Shown here piece after piece: positions 1-10,580 of a stretch of 48,914 nucleotides of DNA (position 1 is the first letter of the stretch; the number at the start of each line of letters is the position of its first letter). This DNA is from Chrysochromulina tobinii (Eukaryota), in the NCBI GenBank assembly GCA_001275005.1, contig JWZX01002470.1, positions 1 through 48,914 of the forward strand. The letters run 5' to 3'. A model generated the notes under the pieces. The model saw only the letters and a list, made by a program, of their open reading frames with translations. It was not told where the DNA came from and ran no database searches. Both the position numbers and the translations under genes were made by a program.

Positions 1-7
1 AATCCAT

Positions 8-3000
8 GTGGTTCTCTTTGCACTGGTCCTTCTCGTACAGCGCTGCGACGCAAGGGGATCTTCGGCGAGGTGCTGTACGACGCTGGACATCGGGCACGAT
101 GACTCGGGAGCGTTGCGATGCTATGATACTACGACGCTGCGGTGCTACGACTCTAGTTCTCGGATTGAGCAGAGACGGATGGCGTCATGGCTGCCGACGA
201 CATGCGAGGATGCTGGTCCCGCGTTTTGGAGATGCCTGCAAATGCGTGACGGACAGCTTACTCAGCCGACACCGTTGTTTGATGAGAACCTTGAGCTTGA
301 GCCGGATCCCGAACCGAGCCCGAGGTGGGATGCACCTTGCCAAGCAGCTGATGCAGCCGCCGCTCGGGCGAAACAAAAGCGAGATCCGGTGGGGCAGTCA
401 CGACCAAGGGCATGTGGTGGAGCAATCAAGTCCGCCGAGGCGCCGCGGAAGCAACGAGCTCCGAGGCTACGATGGGCAGCGAAACGCGCGAGCGCTGCAC
501 CGGTGGAGCCGGGTAGCCTGCGAAGGCGACGACATCGATGGCACATCAGTAAGAAGGCTTGGAAGAGACGGATGCGAGCGCTCCGTGGGAACACGATGGC
601 TGACATGTTCAACGTTGCGATCTGGAACGCACGGGAGTTTCACGCCGATGCGTGCCCCACACGCGAGGCATCACGGGCGAAGATGCTTTGGATCTTGCGG
701 CGGCTCCAAGACGAGGATGTCGACGTGTGCTTTCTACTCGAGGTGATGGGGTCGCAGGAGGCATTCACAGCCCACACTCATGGGCTACGCGCGCTTGCAA
801 AAAAGATTGGCTATGTGGTGCGCTGGATCGTTGGGGAGGGTGGGAGCCAGCGAGAGCAGCACCAAAGCAGCAACTCGTACACCAACGGCATTGCTGTGCT
901 TGTCAAGCAAGCGACCTGTGTCATTGAGCGGCATGTGCGGCTCGAAGAGAGGGTCCTCGGCGTATGGATCAAGGGGCGCGCGGAGAAGGAACACATTCAC
1001 ACGCGGATTGCAGCAGTCCACGGGCTACATTACAATGGCACTTCGAGCTTCGAGAAGCAGTTGCAGTCGACGTACGCGTGGGCGGCCGACTTCTCACAGG
1101 TCGTTAAGGGCTGCCTCGTCGTGGGTGACTTTAACTACGTGGCGGACTCGGCTTGGCGATCCTCTCACGCGGCACTGAACGTCAATGACCAGTTATTCAG
1201 GGACTTTCTCTCGCTTCCCGGGACGGAGTACGTCCTGCCCGTTGGGTCGCAGCCGTTGATCGTATGGACACGGAGGGGCGGAGACTCCACCGATGTGAGC
1301 GGCTCTGACGGCTGCGGAGCGATGCTCGACGGAGCCGTGACCATTGGAGCCGAGTGTGGACAGTGGCGGCGAACGGTGGTGGACTTTGCTTTCGGCGCGG
1401 ATGGTCCTGCGACCGCAACTGCTAGACCGCTCTCGGATCATGCGTGGGTCACCTTCTCGAGAGAGATTCCTAAGCTGGAGTTCAGAGGCGAGAAGCGACC
1501 TCTCTCGGCACTACCGAGGGGCAACGTGCGGGTCAAGGATGGCTATCGGGATCGAGTTCGCGATGGTGATATACTCGAAGACATTCTGGCGGCGCGAGGC
1601 ATAGTTCACGCAACGGCTTCGGCGGTTCAATCGCTACGACGGGCGGCGGAGCAGGTTGCAGCAGAGGTGTTGAAACGCAAGGTGGAGCGGCCCCTGGAAA
1701 CAGCGCATCGGTGGCGCAGATGGCTGCAGGAGGCGTACGCGGCGCGACATCGGGGTCTATCGCCGCACGAAGTGCAAGGCGGCCTCTTCAATTTTCATTC
1801 TCGCCTCTGGCTCGTTCGAGCGAGGTATGAGGGAGCTGGAGATGACGTCTGCTGGTCCAAGATCATCAAGCGATGTCGACAATGTTGGACGAGCGCGAAT
1901 CGGAGGCTTGTGCGCAATCAACAGCGCGAAGATAAGCGGCTCAGAGAGCTGTCGCTCGGAATAATTGAAGGTAAAGGCAGCAAGGATCTCGCGCAAGTAG
2001 CGATGCGAGCCTGGAAGGCGATTCGTCCTCAGCGCATTAGTCTCGCGTTCGACCGGTTCCACCCGCGGGACGACGCTAGCATCGCTCCAGTACTCGCTTC
2101 GGACGACCCTGAGGTGTTCCTTCGGGGGCTGGCACGAGAAGGTGATCGACTGGTCAAAGGCCTCTCATCAACTCCGCCGATCATCGAGGCATTCAAGGCC
2201 TTTTGCAAGGTCTTCTGCCCGACCTACGAGACCTTAAGGGGACGAGACGGTGGAGAGTGGGAGCTCACCAAGGAACTCACCTTCCCGGTCTTTCTGCAGG
2301 TTCTCAAGCGCGTACCGAGGGGGAAAGCTGTAGGGCACGGCGGCTTCTCCATCGAGCTGCTCATTCACGCCGATCGCGAGATCAAGAAGGCGTTCTACGA
2401 GTGCCTCATGGCGGATCTGCGGGGAGGGGAATTTCCACCGTCGTGGCGGAAGGTCATCTACGTGCTGCTCGCGAAGCCACCGCCCAGCAATCAGGCGCTT
2501 ATCTCTGAGAGGCGCGAGATAGCTCTGATGGCGCAAGACATGAAGTTGGTTATGCACATGGTACGGGCGACGGCGTATCGGCTCATCACGGGCAGGCTTC
2601 GCTCGGAGCAGTGTGGATGGCTTCCGGGGTACGGGACAACCGATGCTGGTCTCCCTTTGGCCGCGGTGCTCCAGCAGGCGCAGCGTCAACAGCAATCTCT
2701 ATGGATACTGTACGTCGACCTGGCGACGTTCTTCCCGCGTATCGACCGTGAGGCGCTCACGGTGGCCGAAGTCTTGGTTGGACTTCCTCCCCAAGTGATC
2801 GAATTGGTAGGACAGATCTACGGTGCCGGGCGTGCGGTTGCAGAGGAGGCGGTCGAATGTCAATTTGACACATCAATAGGCCTCAGCGCTCCCTTCAGGA
2901 ATCATATGGGGGCGCTCATGGGGGAAGTGCTTTCTCCCGACAGGGCAAAAATTATCCTCAACTCGATCCTATGGGCTATTAAGCTCCACGTGCACGGGGT

Positions 3001-6000
3001 GCAACTCTTCGGTTTTGGGGAAGACGAAGAGGGCCGCATCCGTGCGATTGCAAGCCTCGCCTACGCAGATGACTGGGCGGGAACGTTTGGCAGCGAAGCG
3101 GATCTTAGGCGTGCCTGGGCAATATGGAGCGTTTGGGTCCCCATCTCCGGCTCAAAGCTGGGCATTAAGAACAAGCTCAAGACTGTGATCACTGGGGTGC
3201 TACGAGATGGGCAAGGCAATGAAAGCGACATAGCTGACCCGCAGCTCGTCACGCTTGATGGGGCTCGCGTGCCTGTGCTCTCTCGGAGTGAGGCCTACAA
3301 GCACTTAGGCGTTCTGCGTGTCGCGATGGGCGGTGACGAGGCGGCGGCCGACTCACTCAAGAAGCAGCTTCGGGTGGCTATCGGACGGGTGGCGCGCATG
3401 CACAAGCCATCCAGGCGCGATATGATTCTTGTCACGAATGGTCTCTTTCAAGGGCTCGCGGGGTTCAAGTGCAGCACGGTCTATTACCCGTTTGAGTGGA
3501 TGGAGGACATCGAGAAGGAGTGGAGGAGAGTGTTCAACAAAAAGGCAAGGCGAGACTCGTCCACGCCGGCGTGCATGCTATATGAAGGGGGGGGGAGCGA
3601 GACTGGAGGGAGACGACACCTGTGGGCTATTGGATGCGCCTCCTTTTACGTGGCCTTCACCAGAGCGCTCGCGGATACGGCTGACACTTCTCAGCGCGCG
3701 GCCGCTCGATCGGCGCTAGCTTTGAGCCTCTCGAGGTGGGGGGTGCAGGGTGACCCGAGACTGTTCTCGTGGCGACATCTCACGAGCGCTCTCGAGAGGC
3801 AGCTAAGAGGGCGTCACAGGTATCTCGGGGAGGCCTTCATGTTCATCTCGAGTCTTCTACAGGGCGACAAGCCGGTGGGCGAGAATTGGCGTTGGGTGAC
3901 GAACCCGAATTCTTGCGACCCGCTGCATGAACTTCGACCGCATTTTCGGACGCTGGAGTCCATCGCGCTCTTCGAGTCCGAGTCGTGCGGAGGCCTCGGC
4001 ATCGAACCAGCGCCCAAACTCCTTGACGCACGCATTCGCGTGGCGGGCCAGATGTTCACCTGGGGCGCGACACACGAGGGCTCTAGGCTAATGTCGTTCG
4101 ACGAAGCACGGCGGCTTTACCCAGGGTTGGTGACGAGTGCGAAGACAGAATGGGACAGGACGGTGGCGGGCTTGGAGGAACGATTTGACGGGGTGACAGT
4201 GCCGGAGCGCGAAGCCAATAGGGCTTGGAACCAGCGCGGGCTCTGCGTTCATGGTGGCGACATTGGGCTCAGCAACCAGACGGTGGGCACAACTACAACG
4301 GATGCGGCGAGCGAATGTGAGCTTCACAGCGCCATTCGGAAGGCGCTGAGTGAGATCAAGGGTGGCGCGGAACCTGAACCGGTCGATTGGGAATCCCTAT
4401 TACGGAACACCTTTCAGGGGGTCGAAACGCCGAGCGCGGAGGAGTGGTGCGTCGGGGGTGGAGACCCGCAGGCGGACGCCAGAGGTGGGCGAGTCTTCTG
4501 TGATATTGACAGTGAGGAGGAGCCGCGCGGTGGGGAGGCCTCGTGGCTATGCCGTTCGGATATTGACGACCAAGGATTCCTCGCGGGTTGGATGGAGCGC
4601 GCAGGCGACATGCGATACAGGTTTGGGTTCGACACGGAGGGCTACCTCTGCTCTCGACACGGTGCGAGACTGGAGCTTCAGCAGCTGGCTCCGCTCGACC
4701 CGGCTGTGCAGCTTGTGGCGCGTGCGCGGTTGGCGCTTGGCGACGTGGAAGTCATCTCTGGTGACGGAATTAAAAGGCAGCACACTCATGTGCAACTGGC
4801 TGCGCAACGCTGCCTGTGGGAAAAACTCACAACGTGGTCTGCACGTATCCAGGCGACGCGCATCTATACGCTGGATGGGGGATGGCGAGAGGTGAAGACG
4901 GATACGGGGAGTATCAAGATTGCAACGAGGGCCGCGATCGATCATGAGGGTCACGTCTTAGGGGGGCGGATATGCGAGGATGACGTGAATGAAGATAACT
5001 ATATCGCCGAGCTTGCCGCTCAACTCGACGCGCTGTCAGATGCCGTCTCGCGGGGAGTGGAGGAGAGGGTCATCATCATCTTTGACGCCACGTCACCGGT
5101 GCGCGCGATGCTTCGGTTTGGGCGACTCAGTGCTCGCGCACGCGGAGATCGGCTGGCGGCCGAATTGCTTGAACACTTCGAGCGTCTTCGGTGGCGGGTG
5201 GCGGCTCTCGTGCTCATCTGGCAAACTTCGCACGTGGGCGAGCCGATCAACGAGTGGGCGGACGTCATGTGTGACACTTTTGGCATCGAGGACGACTGGC
5301 CGATCCCGCGAGGCAAGGTCGCTTTCGCCTCCATCACCTTTCCAGCACACAAGGGTCCGGCACAGGCGTATGCCATGAATGGCATGAGTCGCATTGTTGC
5401 GCAGCGCCTGCGCAGCCGGGTAAAGGACACGATACTTCGGGATCCCGATGAGCATGTGCAGCTCCTTGGGATCACGCCGGAGGCAAAACAGATATGCGAT
5501 GAGATCGCATCTCGACGCTGTCAGTACGTGGATCAGCCGTATGCAGACCTGCGGCTTCGCCGGGTGCTGGCTGCTGAATGGTGCCCCCTTGGGTGCGCAG
5601 ATCACGGGAGATGGCGTGAAATTCACTCCTCTGCGGTGGCGCGACGGCGCGTCTTACATCTTCCTAGGCTGGCTAACCTTATCGCGACCACACTGGGCGC
5701 CCAGCCCGGAGCCACGTGTGCGGTCGCGCAGCAAGACAATTTGGAGTTGGGCGGAGATGCGGTGAAAGCTGGTGACGCGATTGGTTGGCAGGGCAGGTGG
5801 TTCGCGCTGGTGGAGCGATCGCCCACTTGGTGGCACTTTCAATTTGAGTGCACTGGAGCGCCACTTTTGGCAGCTCGTAAGACATATGCCCTGGCGGCGG
5901 TTGCAGCGAGGCGTTGTATGGTCGAATCGCAGAAAGGCCGGGAGCTCGTCCCGCACAGTCAGCTCAACGATCTCATTCTACTCATACATCAAGGGATGCA

Positions 6001-7552
6001 AGGCTGGGAGGCAGAAGACGGGGCCAGGGGGTCGCTGGCGCAACAACAGTGTCTTCGCAATCAAATCCAGCGGGGGATCACCGAGGCCTGGGAGACGGAG
6101 CTTCTCCGCGCTGGCGCGGCGGGCGCGATACGGATCTCTGGGTCGAGGGCGGACACCAATGGACGTTGGCGACTGGCGCTGACAGAAATGGTGCTCAGCG
6201 GATGCCACTTGCAGAAAATGGGTAAGGAGCACTGCGCGGAGGGGCGGAAGGCGTTCTGGGGATGTCTGAGCAACCTTTGTCTCCTCGATAAGATCTTTAG
6301 GGCGTGGCGTCGAGTGCCCTTGCACACGACGGTGCGCCGGGCGGTCGCGCTACGCAACCTGCGGTTGGCAAGGGAGTTTGTTGGGGAGCTTGGAGAAATG
6401 AATGGCTTCGAGAAGCGACGGTTGCGCAAGGAGGTCGAGAGACGGCTGGCTATGATCGAGGACGAGCGGGCAGCTAACCCGCCTGGGGAATGGCTTTTGC
6501 TGCGGGCGCTGGTGGCGTGGCGCATCGCTCTCGCTCAAGGCGCTGGCAGGAGCGGCAGACGTATTATCCACGGGTCGGGTCACAACAATCTGTGTGAGCA
6601 GCTGCTCGAGGCTTCGATGGGGATAACTCGGGAGTTCTCGAGGGACCTCACGGAGCTGGCCAAGTTGCAGTCTATGAGAAGGATGGCGTGGCGACGATGG
6701 CTACGCACGGGCGGTTGGGCCGAGTTCAATCTCAGCATCTTCAGGTTGGCGAGAGCTCGACGGAATCGGGCCTTGGCAGCGCAACGAGAGGGCATGCGAC
6801 GTTGGGCGTGCGTCGCTGACGGCACTCGGTGGCAATTACTGACGGGCGAGGACATCGAAGAGCGGTTCGAGCTATGCCACGACGGTCTGAGAGCGGTACT
6901 CGCAATCAAACAGACTCTGAGCGCTGGCGAATGGAGGGCTCTGGGCATCAACAATCTTCGACTCGGGCACTTTATCAGGGTTGGTCATGGGTACTCGGAG
7001 ATGCTGTACGGACCTGAACAAGCTCCCTCTTGCCACACGTTAAGTGGCAATGTTGCGGCTGACGTGGGAGAGGTTGTTCAGATTGAGATCGAGCCGAGGT
7101 GCGATGCACTGCGCGCGAAGAGACGCAGGCAGGAGGTTCAGCATAGCAGGCGTGAAGTTCGGCGGCGCGTTGCCATGGGTCCGGTTATTGCCGGGCAGGA
7201 GGCTGATGACGGAGGGAGATGGGCGGTGCGGCGCATCATGGCTGTGCGTCGCTTGGAAGGGCGGCGGGGGCGCCCGCTAGACGTGCTCGTCGAGTGGGAG
7301 GGAGAAGACTCTGACGGTGATCTCTGGGAAGAATCTTGGGTCAGCGTCACATTCCTTTCGAAGGACCTGCGTGAAGAAGCGAGGAGACTCGAAGCGGAGC
7401 TGTTTGGCTCAAGGGCAGCAGCAGTCGCGCCGGCTTCAAGTAGGCGAGCCTCACGGCGGGAGGCCGCTAGGCAGAGACAGGAGAGAGAAAGAGACGCACA
7501 ACAATGGAGAGCACGGCTACGAGATCGGGCGAGAGGGGACGTACACGACTAA
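8..7552 (+). CDS. Retrotransposon ORF2 polyprotein: APE/EEP endonuclease, reverse transcriptase, RNase H, CCHC knuckle, chromodomain
   Basis: APE motifs from ~596: IWNARE, VCFLLEV, VGDFN, LSDHAWV. RT motifs: KAVGHGG, REIALM, QCGWLPG, YVDLATFF, GALMGEVLSP, YADD (3062-3073), YKHLG. RNase H 4862-5272: YTLDGG, NYIAEL, FDAT, WQTSHVGEPINEWAD. Chromodomain ~7214-7378. The frame is open to the window edge; the first ATG is at 179. Confidence 0.9.
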   Translation: MVLFALVLLVQRCDARGSSARCCTTLDIGHDDSGALRCYDTTTLRCYDSSSRIEQRRMASWLPTTCEDAGPAFWRCLQMRDGQLTQPTPLFDENLELEPDPEPSPRWDAPCQAADAAAARAKQKRDPVGQSRPRACGGAIKSAEAPRKQRAPRLRWAAKRASAAPVEPGSLRRRRHRWHISKKAWKRRMRALRGNTMADMFNVAIWNAREFHADACPTREASRAKMLWILRRLQDEDVDVCFLLEVMGSQEAFTAHTHGLRALAKKIGYVVRWIVGEGGSQREQHQSSNSYTNGIAVLVKQATCVIERHVRLEERVLGVWIKGRAEKEHIHTRIAAVHGLHYNGTSSFEKQLQSTYAWAADFSQVVKGCLVVGDFNYVADSAWRSSHAALNVNDQLFRDFLSLPGTEYVLPVGSQPLIVWTRRGGDSTDVSGSDGCGAMLDGAVTIGAECGQWRRTVVDFAFGADGPATATARPLSDHAWVTFSREIPKLEFRGEKRPLSALPRGNVRVKDGYRDRVRDGDILEDILAARGIVHATASAVQSLRRAAEQVAAEVLKRKVERPLETAHRWRRWLQEAYAARHRGLSPHEVQGGLFNFHSRLWLVRARYEGAGDDVCWSKIIKRCRQCWTSANRRLVRNQQREDKRLRELSLGIIEGKGSKDLAQVAMRAWKAIRPQRISLAFDRFHPRDDASIAPVLASDDPEVFLRGLAREGDRLVKGLSSTPPIIEAFKAFCKVFCPTYETLRGRDGGEWELTKELTFPVFLQVLKRVPRGKAVGHGGFSIELLIHADREIKKAFYECLMADLRGGEFPPSWRKVIYVLLAKPPPSNQALISERREIALMAQDMKLVMHMVRATAYRLITGRLRSEQCGWLPGYGTTDAGLPLAAVLQQAQRQQQSLWILYVDLATFFPRIDREALTVAEVLVGLPPQVIELVGQIYGAGRAVAEEAVECQFDTSIGLSAPFRNHMGALMGEVLSPDRAKIILNSILWAIKLHVHGVQLFGFGEDEEGRIRAIASLAYADDWAGTFGSEADLRRAWAIWSVWVPISGSKLGIKNKLKTVITGVLRDGQGNESDIADPQLVTLDGARVPVLSRSEAYKHLGVLRVAMGGDEAAADSLKKQLRVAIGRVARMHKPSRRDMILVTNGLFQGLAGFKCSTVYYPFEWMEDIEKEWRRVFNKKARRDSSTPACMLYEGGGSETGGRRHLWAIGCASFYVAFTRALADTADTSQRAAARSALALSLSRWGVQGDPRLFSWRHLTSALERQLRGRHRYLGEAFMFISSLLQGDKPVGENWRWVTNPNSCDPLHELRPHFRTLESIALFESESCGGLGIEPAPKLLDARIRVAGQMFTWGATHEGSRLMSFDEARRLYPGLVTSAKTEWDRTVAGLEERFDGVTVPEREANRAWNQRGLCVHGGDIGLSNQTVGTTTTDAASECELHSAIRKALSEIKGGAEPEPVDWESLLRNTFQGVETPSAEEWCVGGGDPQADARGGRVFCDIDSEEEPRGGEASWLCRSDIDDQGFLAGWMERAGDMRYRFGFDTEGYLCSRHGARLELQQLAPLDPAVQLVARARLALGDVEVISGDGIKRQHTHVQLAAQRCLWEKLTTWSARIQATRIYTLDGGWREVKTDTGSIKIATRAAIDHEGHVLGGRICEDDVNEDNYIAELAAQLDALSDAVSRGVEERVIIIFDATSPVRAMLRFGRLSARARGDRLAAELLEHFERLRWRVAALVLIWQTSHVGEPINEWADVMCDTFGIEDDWPIPRGKVAFASITFPAHKGPAQAYAMNGMSRIVAQRLRSRVKDTILRDPDEHVQLLGITPEAKQICDEIASRRCQYVDQPYADLRLRRVLAAEWCPLGCADHGRWREIHSSAVARRRVLHLPRLANLIATTLGAQPGATCAVAQQDNLELGGDAVKAGDAIGWQGRWFALVERSPTWWHFQFECTGAPLLAARKTYALAAVAARRCMVESQKGRELVPHSQLNDLILLIHQGMQGWEAEDGARGSLAQQQCLRNQIQRGITEAWETELLRAGAAGAIRISGSRADTNGRWRLALTEMVLSGCHLQKMGKEHCAEGRKAFWGCLSNLCLLDKIFRAWRRVPLHTTVRRAVALRNLRLAREFVGELGEMNGFEKRRLRKEVERRLAMIEDERAANPPGEWLLLRALVAWRIALAQGAGRSGRRIIHGSGHNNLCEQLLEASMGITREFSRDLTELAKLQSMRRMAWRRWLRTGGWAEFNLSIFRLARARRNRALAAQREGMRRWACVADGTRWQLLTGEDIEERFELCHDGLRAVLAIKQTLSAGEWRALGINNLRLGHFIRVGHGYSEMLYGPEQAPSCHTLSGNVAADVGEVVQIEIEPRCDALRAKRRRQEVQHSRREVRRRVAMGPVIAGQEADDGGRWAVRRIMAVRRLEGRRGRPLDVLVEWEGEDSDGDLWEESWVSVTFLSKDLREEARRLEAELFGSRAAAVAPASSRRASRREAARQRQERERDAQQWRARLRDRARGDVHD

Positions 7553-7691
7553 CCCCGCAGCTCTTGAGCCGCAAACGGGTGCTGACTGATGGCTTTCATC
7601 AGCCTCAACGCTCGATTTGCTGAACACCGTACACGCTTTGTATGCCTGGGGGTGTCCCCCTCGCCACGTGTGCGCTGCCTGTTGGCATGTT

Positions 7692-7710
7692 TTACTTACT
7701 TACTTACTTA
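7692..7710 (+). repeat. (TTAC)n microsatellite tail marking the 3' end of the LINE
   Basis: ttacttacttacttactta, ~140 nt after the ORF2 stop. Confidence 0.8.
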
Positions 7711-8072
7711 GAGTCTCTGAGACGACACCGGCGGCGGCGCGTACCGGTACACGCACGCATTCACATGTTCACGGCATCCGATTCGGAAGGAATCGGAACT
7801 TCACAGCCACATTGGTTGTAATCTCGATATTGGATATTCAAGTCTCCGGACCGCGTATTTGGAGAACAGGGATCTCTTCACAGCCAATGGTTTCAGTCGA
7901 CACCCAGACACCTCTTCACAGCCAATGTTTATAATTCGACACTCAAGACACCGGACCGGCGTACATACGTGTGCGGTTACATCTGGCTCTTCACACCACG
8001 GATCGCCCACAAAATCGATGCCGTGTTCGTGCTCCATTTTGCGCGTTCGCGTGTGTCGTTTCTGAGCAAACA

Positions 8073-9851
8073 ATGAAGGACAAGAAGCCCTTCAAGCCCG
8101 CGAAGGGCAAAGGCGGCAAGGCGAGCCTATTGACGATCGGCGGTGTCGTGGCCGCCATCGGCCTCATCTATGTCTTCTCCTCGCTCTACTTTAATCTACC
8201 TCGCTCGGCGCCGGAGCCGCCCAGGCGGCGCACGTCTGAAGTCCCGCGGCGACGCGATTCTGATGCGTCCAGGCCTGTGGCATCCAAGCCCAAGTCTGCG
8301 GATCGCAAGCGCGACGTCCTCGGCGTTCCGCTCGAGGAAGATCCGAACGGCGTCGTTGAGTCGGATGACTCCAAGCGCCGCTCCTCCGAGTGGACCTCAC
8401 TGCCGCGCTCTCTGCCAGAGTGCATCAAGGCACAGGAGGAGCTGATGACGATCCCGGTGCACTGGCCAGGCTTCCACGCACTCTGCATCGAGACGATGGC
8501 CGAGACCCACATGAGCGTGCTGCTGCACCGACGTTCAGGCCAACGCATCCGACAGCCCGAGGTCGCTGACGTGGACCCATCTCCGCCGAGTAGCTTACGA
8601 GCCGAGGGCCTGCGCTTTCCGGGTGACACTCCGCGGCCGCAGATGCTGATCGACGGTCTGATCGAGCAGCTGAAGGCCAAGCTGCTCCAGCACGAGTTCC
8701 AGCCCGTCGACAACATGATCTCGACCTCCGCCTACGACTTCCCACCAAACCCTTGGGCTCTGTTCACCCAGGTGGGTAACCCCGTGCTGAGCGACGAAGA
8801 CCTGCGCTCGCTCGGGCCCGGTGCGGCGCTTTACTTGTACACGGGCGGCCAATTCATCTGGCCGGGCGTGCGCATTGGGCACAAGACGCGCGTGCCCATC
8901 CCGATCACCCACGGCACGGAAGGCGAGGGCGGCCTTACTCACAAGATCGTTGAGATGACGACCATGTCGCTGCGCCCTACCGTGATGGTCTTGAGCGGCT
9001 TCTTGACCGAGGCGGAGTGCGCCTTCATCAAGGACTATGCCAAGTCGCGCATGGTACCCTCTGGTCTCGCTATGATGGACTCGAGCGGTGATTCGAAAGA
9101 TGTGCGTACCTCGACTCAGACGTTCATGGAGCGCAGTGGCTCGGCGCAGATCAGGGCTCTCGAGGAACGCGCGCACAACCTGACGCGGCTGCCGTACGAC
9201 AATGGCGAGAACATCCAAGTGGTGCGTTATGAGAAGGGGCAGAAGTACGGCGCGCATCGCGACTTCTTCAACCCGAACGACTACCACAAGCAGCCTGCGA
9301 TGCTCAGGTCCGTCGAGTACGGCGCGCGCAATCGTCTGGCGACCGTCTTCTGGTATCTGCAGAGTGTGAGTGAGAGCGGCGAGAGCGGACCTAACGGACC
9401 CGGCGGCGAGACCTTCTTCCCCCGCGCTCTGAACGCGGAGGGCCGGGAGTACAACCCATGGAATGGTGACCACGAGGACTGCTACCGCGGCCTCTATGTC
9501 CCTCCCGTGCGCGGCAACGCTGTCCTCTTCTACTCGATGGTGCCCGACGGCCGGCTAGACGAGCGCGCGCTGCACGGCGGGTGCAGGCCGCGCCTCGACA
9601 ACGTGGAGAAATGGGGTGCCAACCAGTGGATCTGGAATCACCCGCACCGCAAGACTCACTCGGGCACGTACCCGCGCAAGGTCGACTCGCAAGCCAAGCG
9701 CGCTGCCGCCGCCCAAGCCGCCGCGGCCGGCAAACCAGGCTGCGTGGACCAGGACCCTGAGAACTGCGCGGCGTGGGCTGCGAGCGGCGAGTGCGAAAAG
9801 AATGCGGCGTATATGGCGGAGGCGTGCAAAGCCTCGTGCGGCAAGTGCTAA
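8073..9851 (+). CDS. Prolyl 4-hydroxylase (2OG-Fe(II) oxygenase) with N-terminal membrane anchor and C-terminal ShKT domain
   Basis: TM segment LLTIGGVVAAIGLIYVFSSLYF. Catalytic-domain motifs FLTEAEC, VRTS, ENIQVVRYEKGQKYGAHRDFF, RLATV, GGETFFP, ALHGGC..KW. ShKT CVDQDPENCAAWAASGECEKNAAYMAEACKASCGKC. ATG at 8073. Confidence 0.92.
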   Translation: MKDKKPFKPAKGKGGKASLLTIGGVVAAIGLIYVFSSLYFNLPRSAPEPPRRRTSEVPRRRDSDASRPVASKPKSADRKRDVLGVPLEEDPNGVVESDDSKRRSSEWTSLPRSLPECIKAQEELMTIPVHWPGFHALCIETMAETHMSVLLHRRSGQRIRQPEVADVDPSPPSSLRAEGLRFPGDTPRPQMLIDGLIEQLKAKLLQHEFQPVDNMISTSAYDFPPNPWALFTQVGNPVLSDEDLRSLGPGAALYLYTGGQFIWPGVRIGHKTRVPIPITHGTEGEGGLTHKIVEMTTMSLRPTVMVLSGFLTEAECAFIKDYAKSRMVPSGLAMMDSSGDSKDVRTSTQTFMERSGSAQIRALEERAHNLTRLPYDNGENIQVVRYEKGQKYGAHRDFFNPNDYHKQPAMLRSVEYGARNRLATVFWYLQSVSESGESGPNGPGGETFFPRALNAEGREYNPWNGDHEDCYRGLYVPPVRGNAVLFYSMVPDGRLDERALHGGCRPRLDNVEKWGANQWIWNHPHRKTHSGTYPRKVDSQAKRAAAAQAAAAGKPGCVDQDPENCAAWAASGECEKNAAYMAEACKASCGKC

Positions 9852-10580
9852 GGGAGGGCTTGGGGAGATCTAGGGGAGATCACTGTGGTCCGGAAGCGGT
9901 GTGGAGCTTTGGATCGGTAGCGCACTGTACCCGGGCTACCACGCGCGCTGGACCGCGTGGAGATCTGATCTCGCTTCTCCCGCACCGCACGCGGTGGATG
10001 GGCAAGCGGCAAGACATCCGTCAAGTGTCATCCCAATCCGACGTGTATGGTATGTGCATCTCCGAGTCCGACGCACTCGCCAGACTCCGGTGCCGCGCCC
10101 GCACGCATGGCCGTGGATCGACAGCGTAGATCTTAAAGCTCCGCTCCGCGGATTCGATTGTGTAACAGATATTCGCTCCGACACCCGGACACGAAAGGTA
10201 CATACACAGGGGAGACACATATAAGCACACACCCGGGTATACAACGCATCAAGCACACAAATAGAACGGAAATACGGTTTCATGCGCCATGCCGTCCATG
10301 CACTCACGCCAATTTGCTGCAAAATCAATCTCACCCGCAGTAGGCATGCCGTCAGTTCGATTGCTCGAGCAGTTGCTGCCGGCAAGGCCTTCCCCCGTGT
10401 CAACGCATCGTCAGCATGCCTCCACACTGCACTATGATCTGAAGTCGGGTCGCAGCAGCGCAGGCAGCATCCGCCACACGCAGCAGCGCCTCGAGCAATC
10501 TTCCCCCGACGGGAGGCGCGCGCTGGTCGCAGCCGAGTCAGAGCGCCGCGCTGGTCGACGCGCCGGGCGGCCAGCCACGC

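Larger units (their letters stand above)
8..7710 (+). mobile_element. Non-LTR (LINE-like) retrotransposon; 5' end probably outside the window
   Basis: One uninterrupted 2514-codon ORF with APE-RT-RNase H order, then a ~140 nt 3' UTR with stem-loops and a (TTAC)4TTA tail at 7692-7710. Confidence 0.9.
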
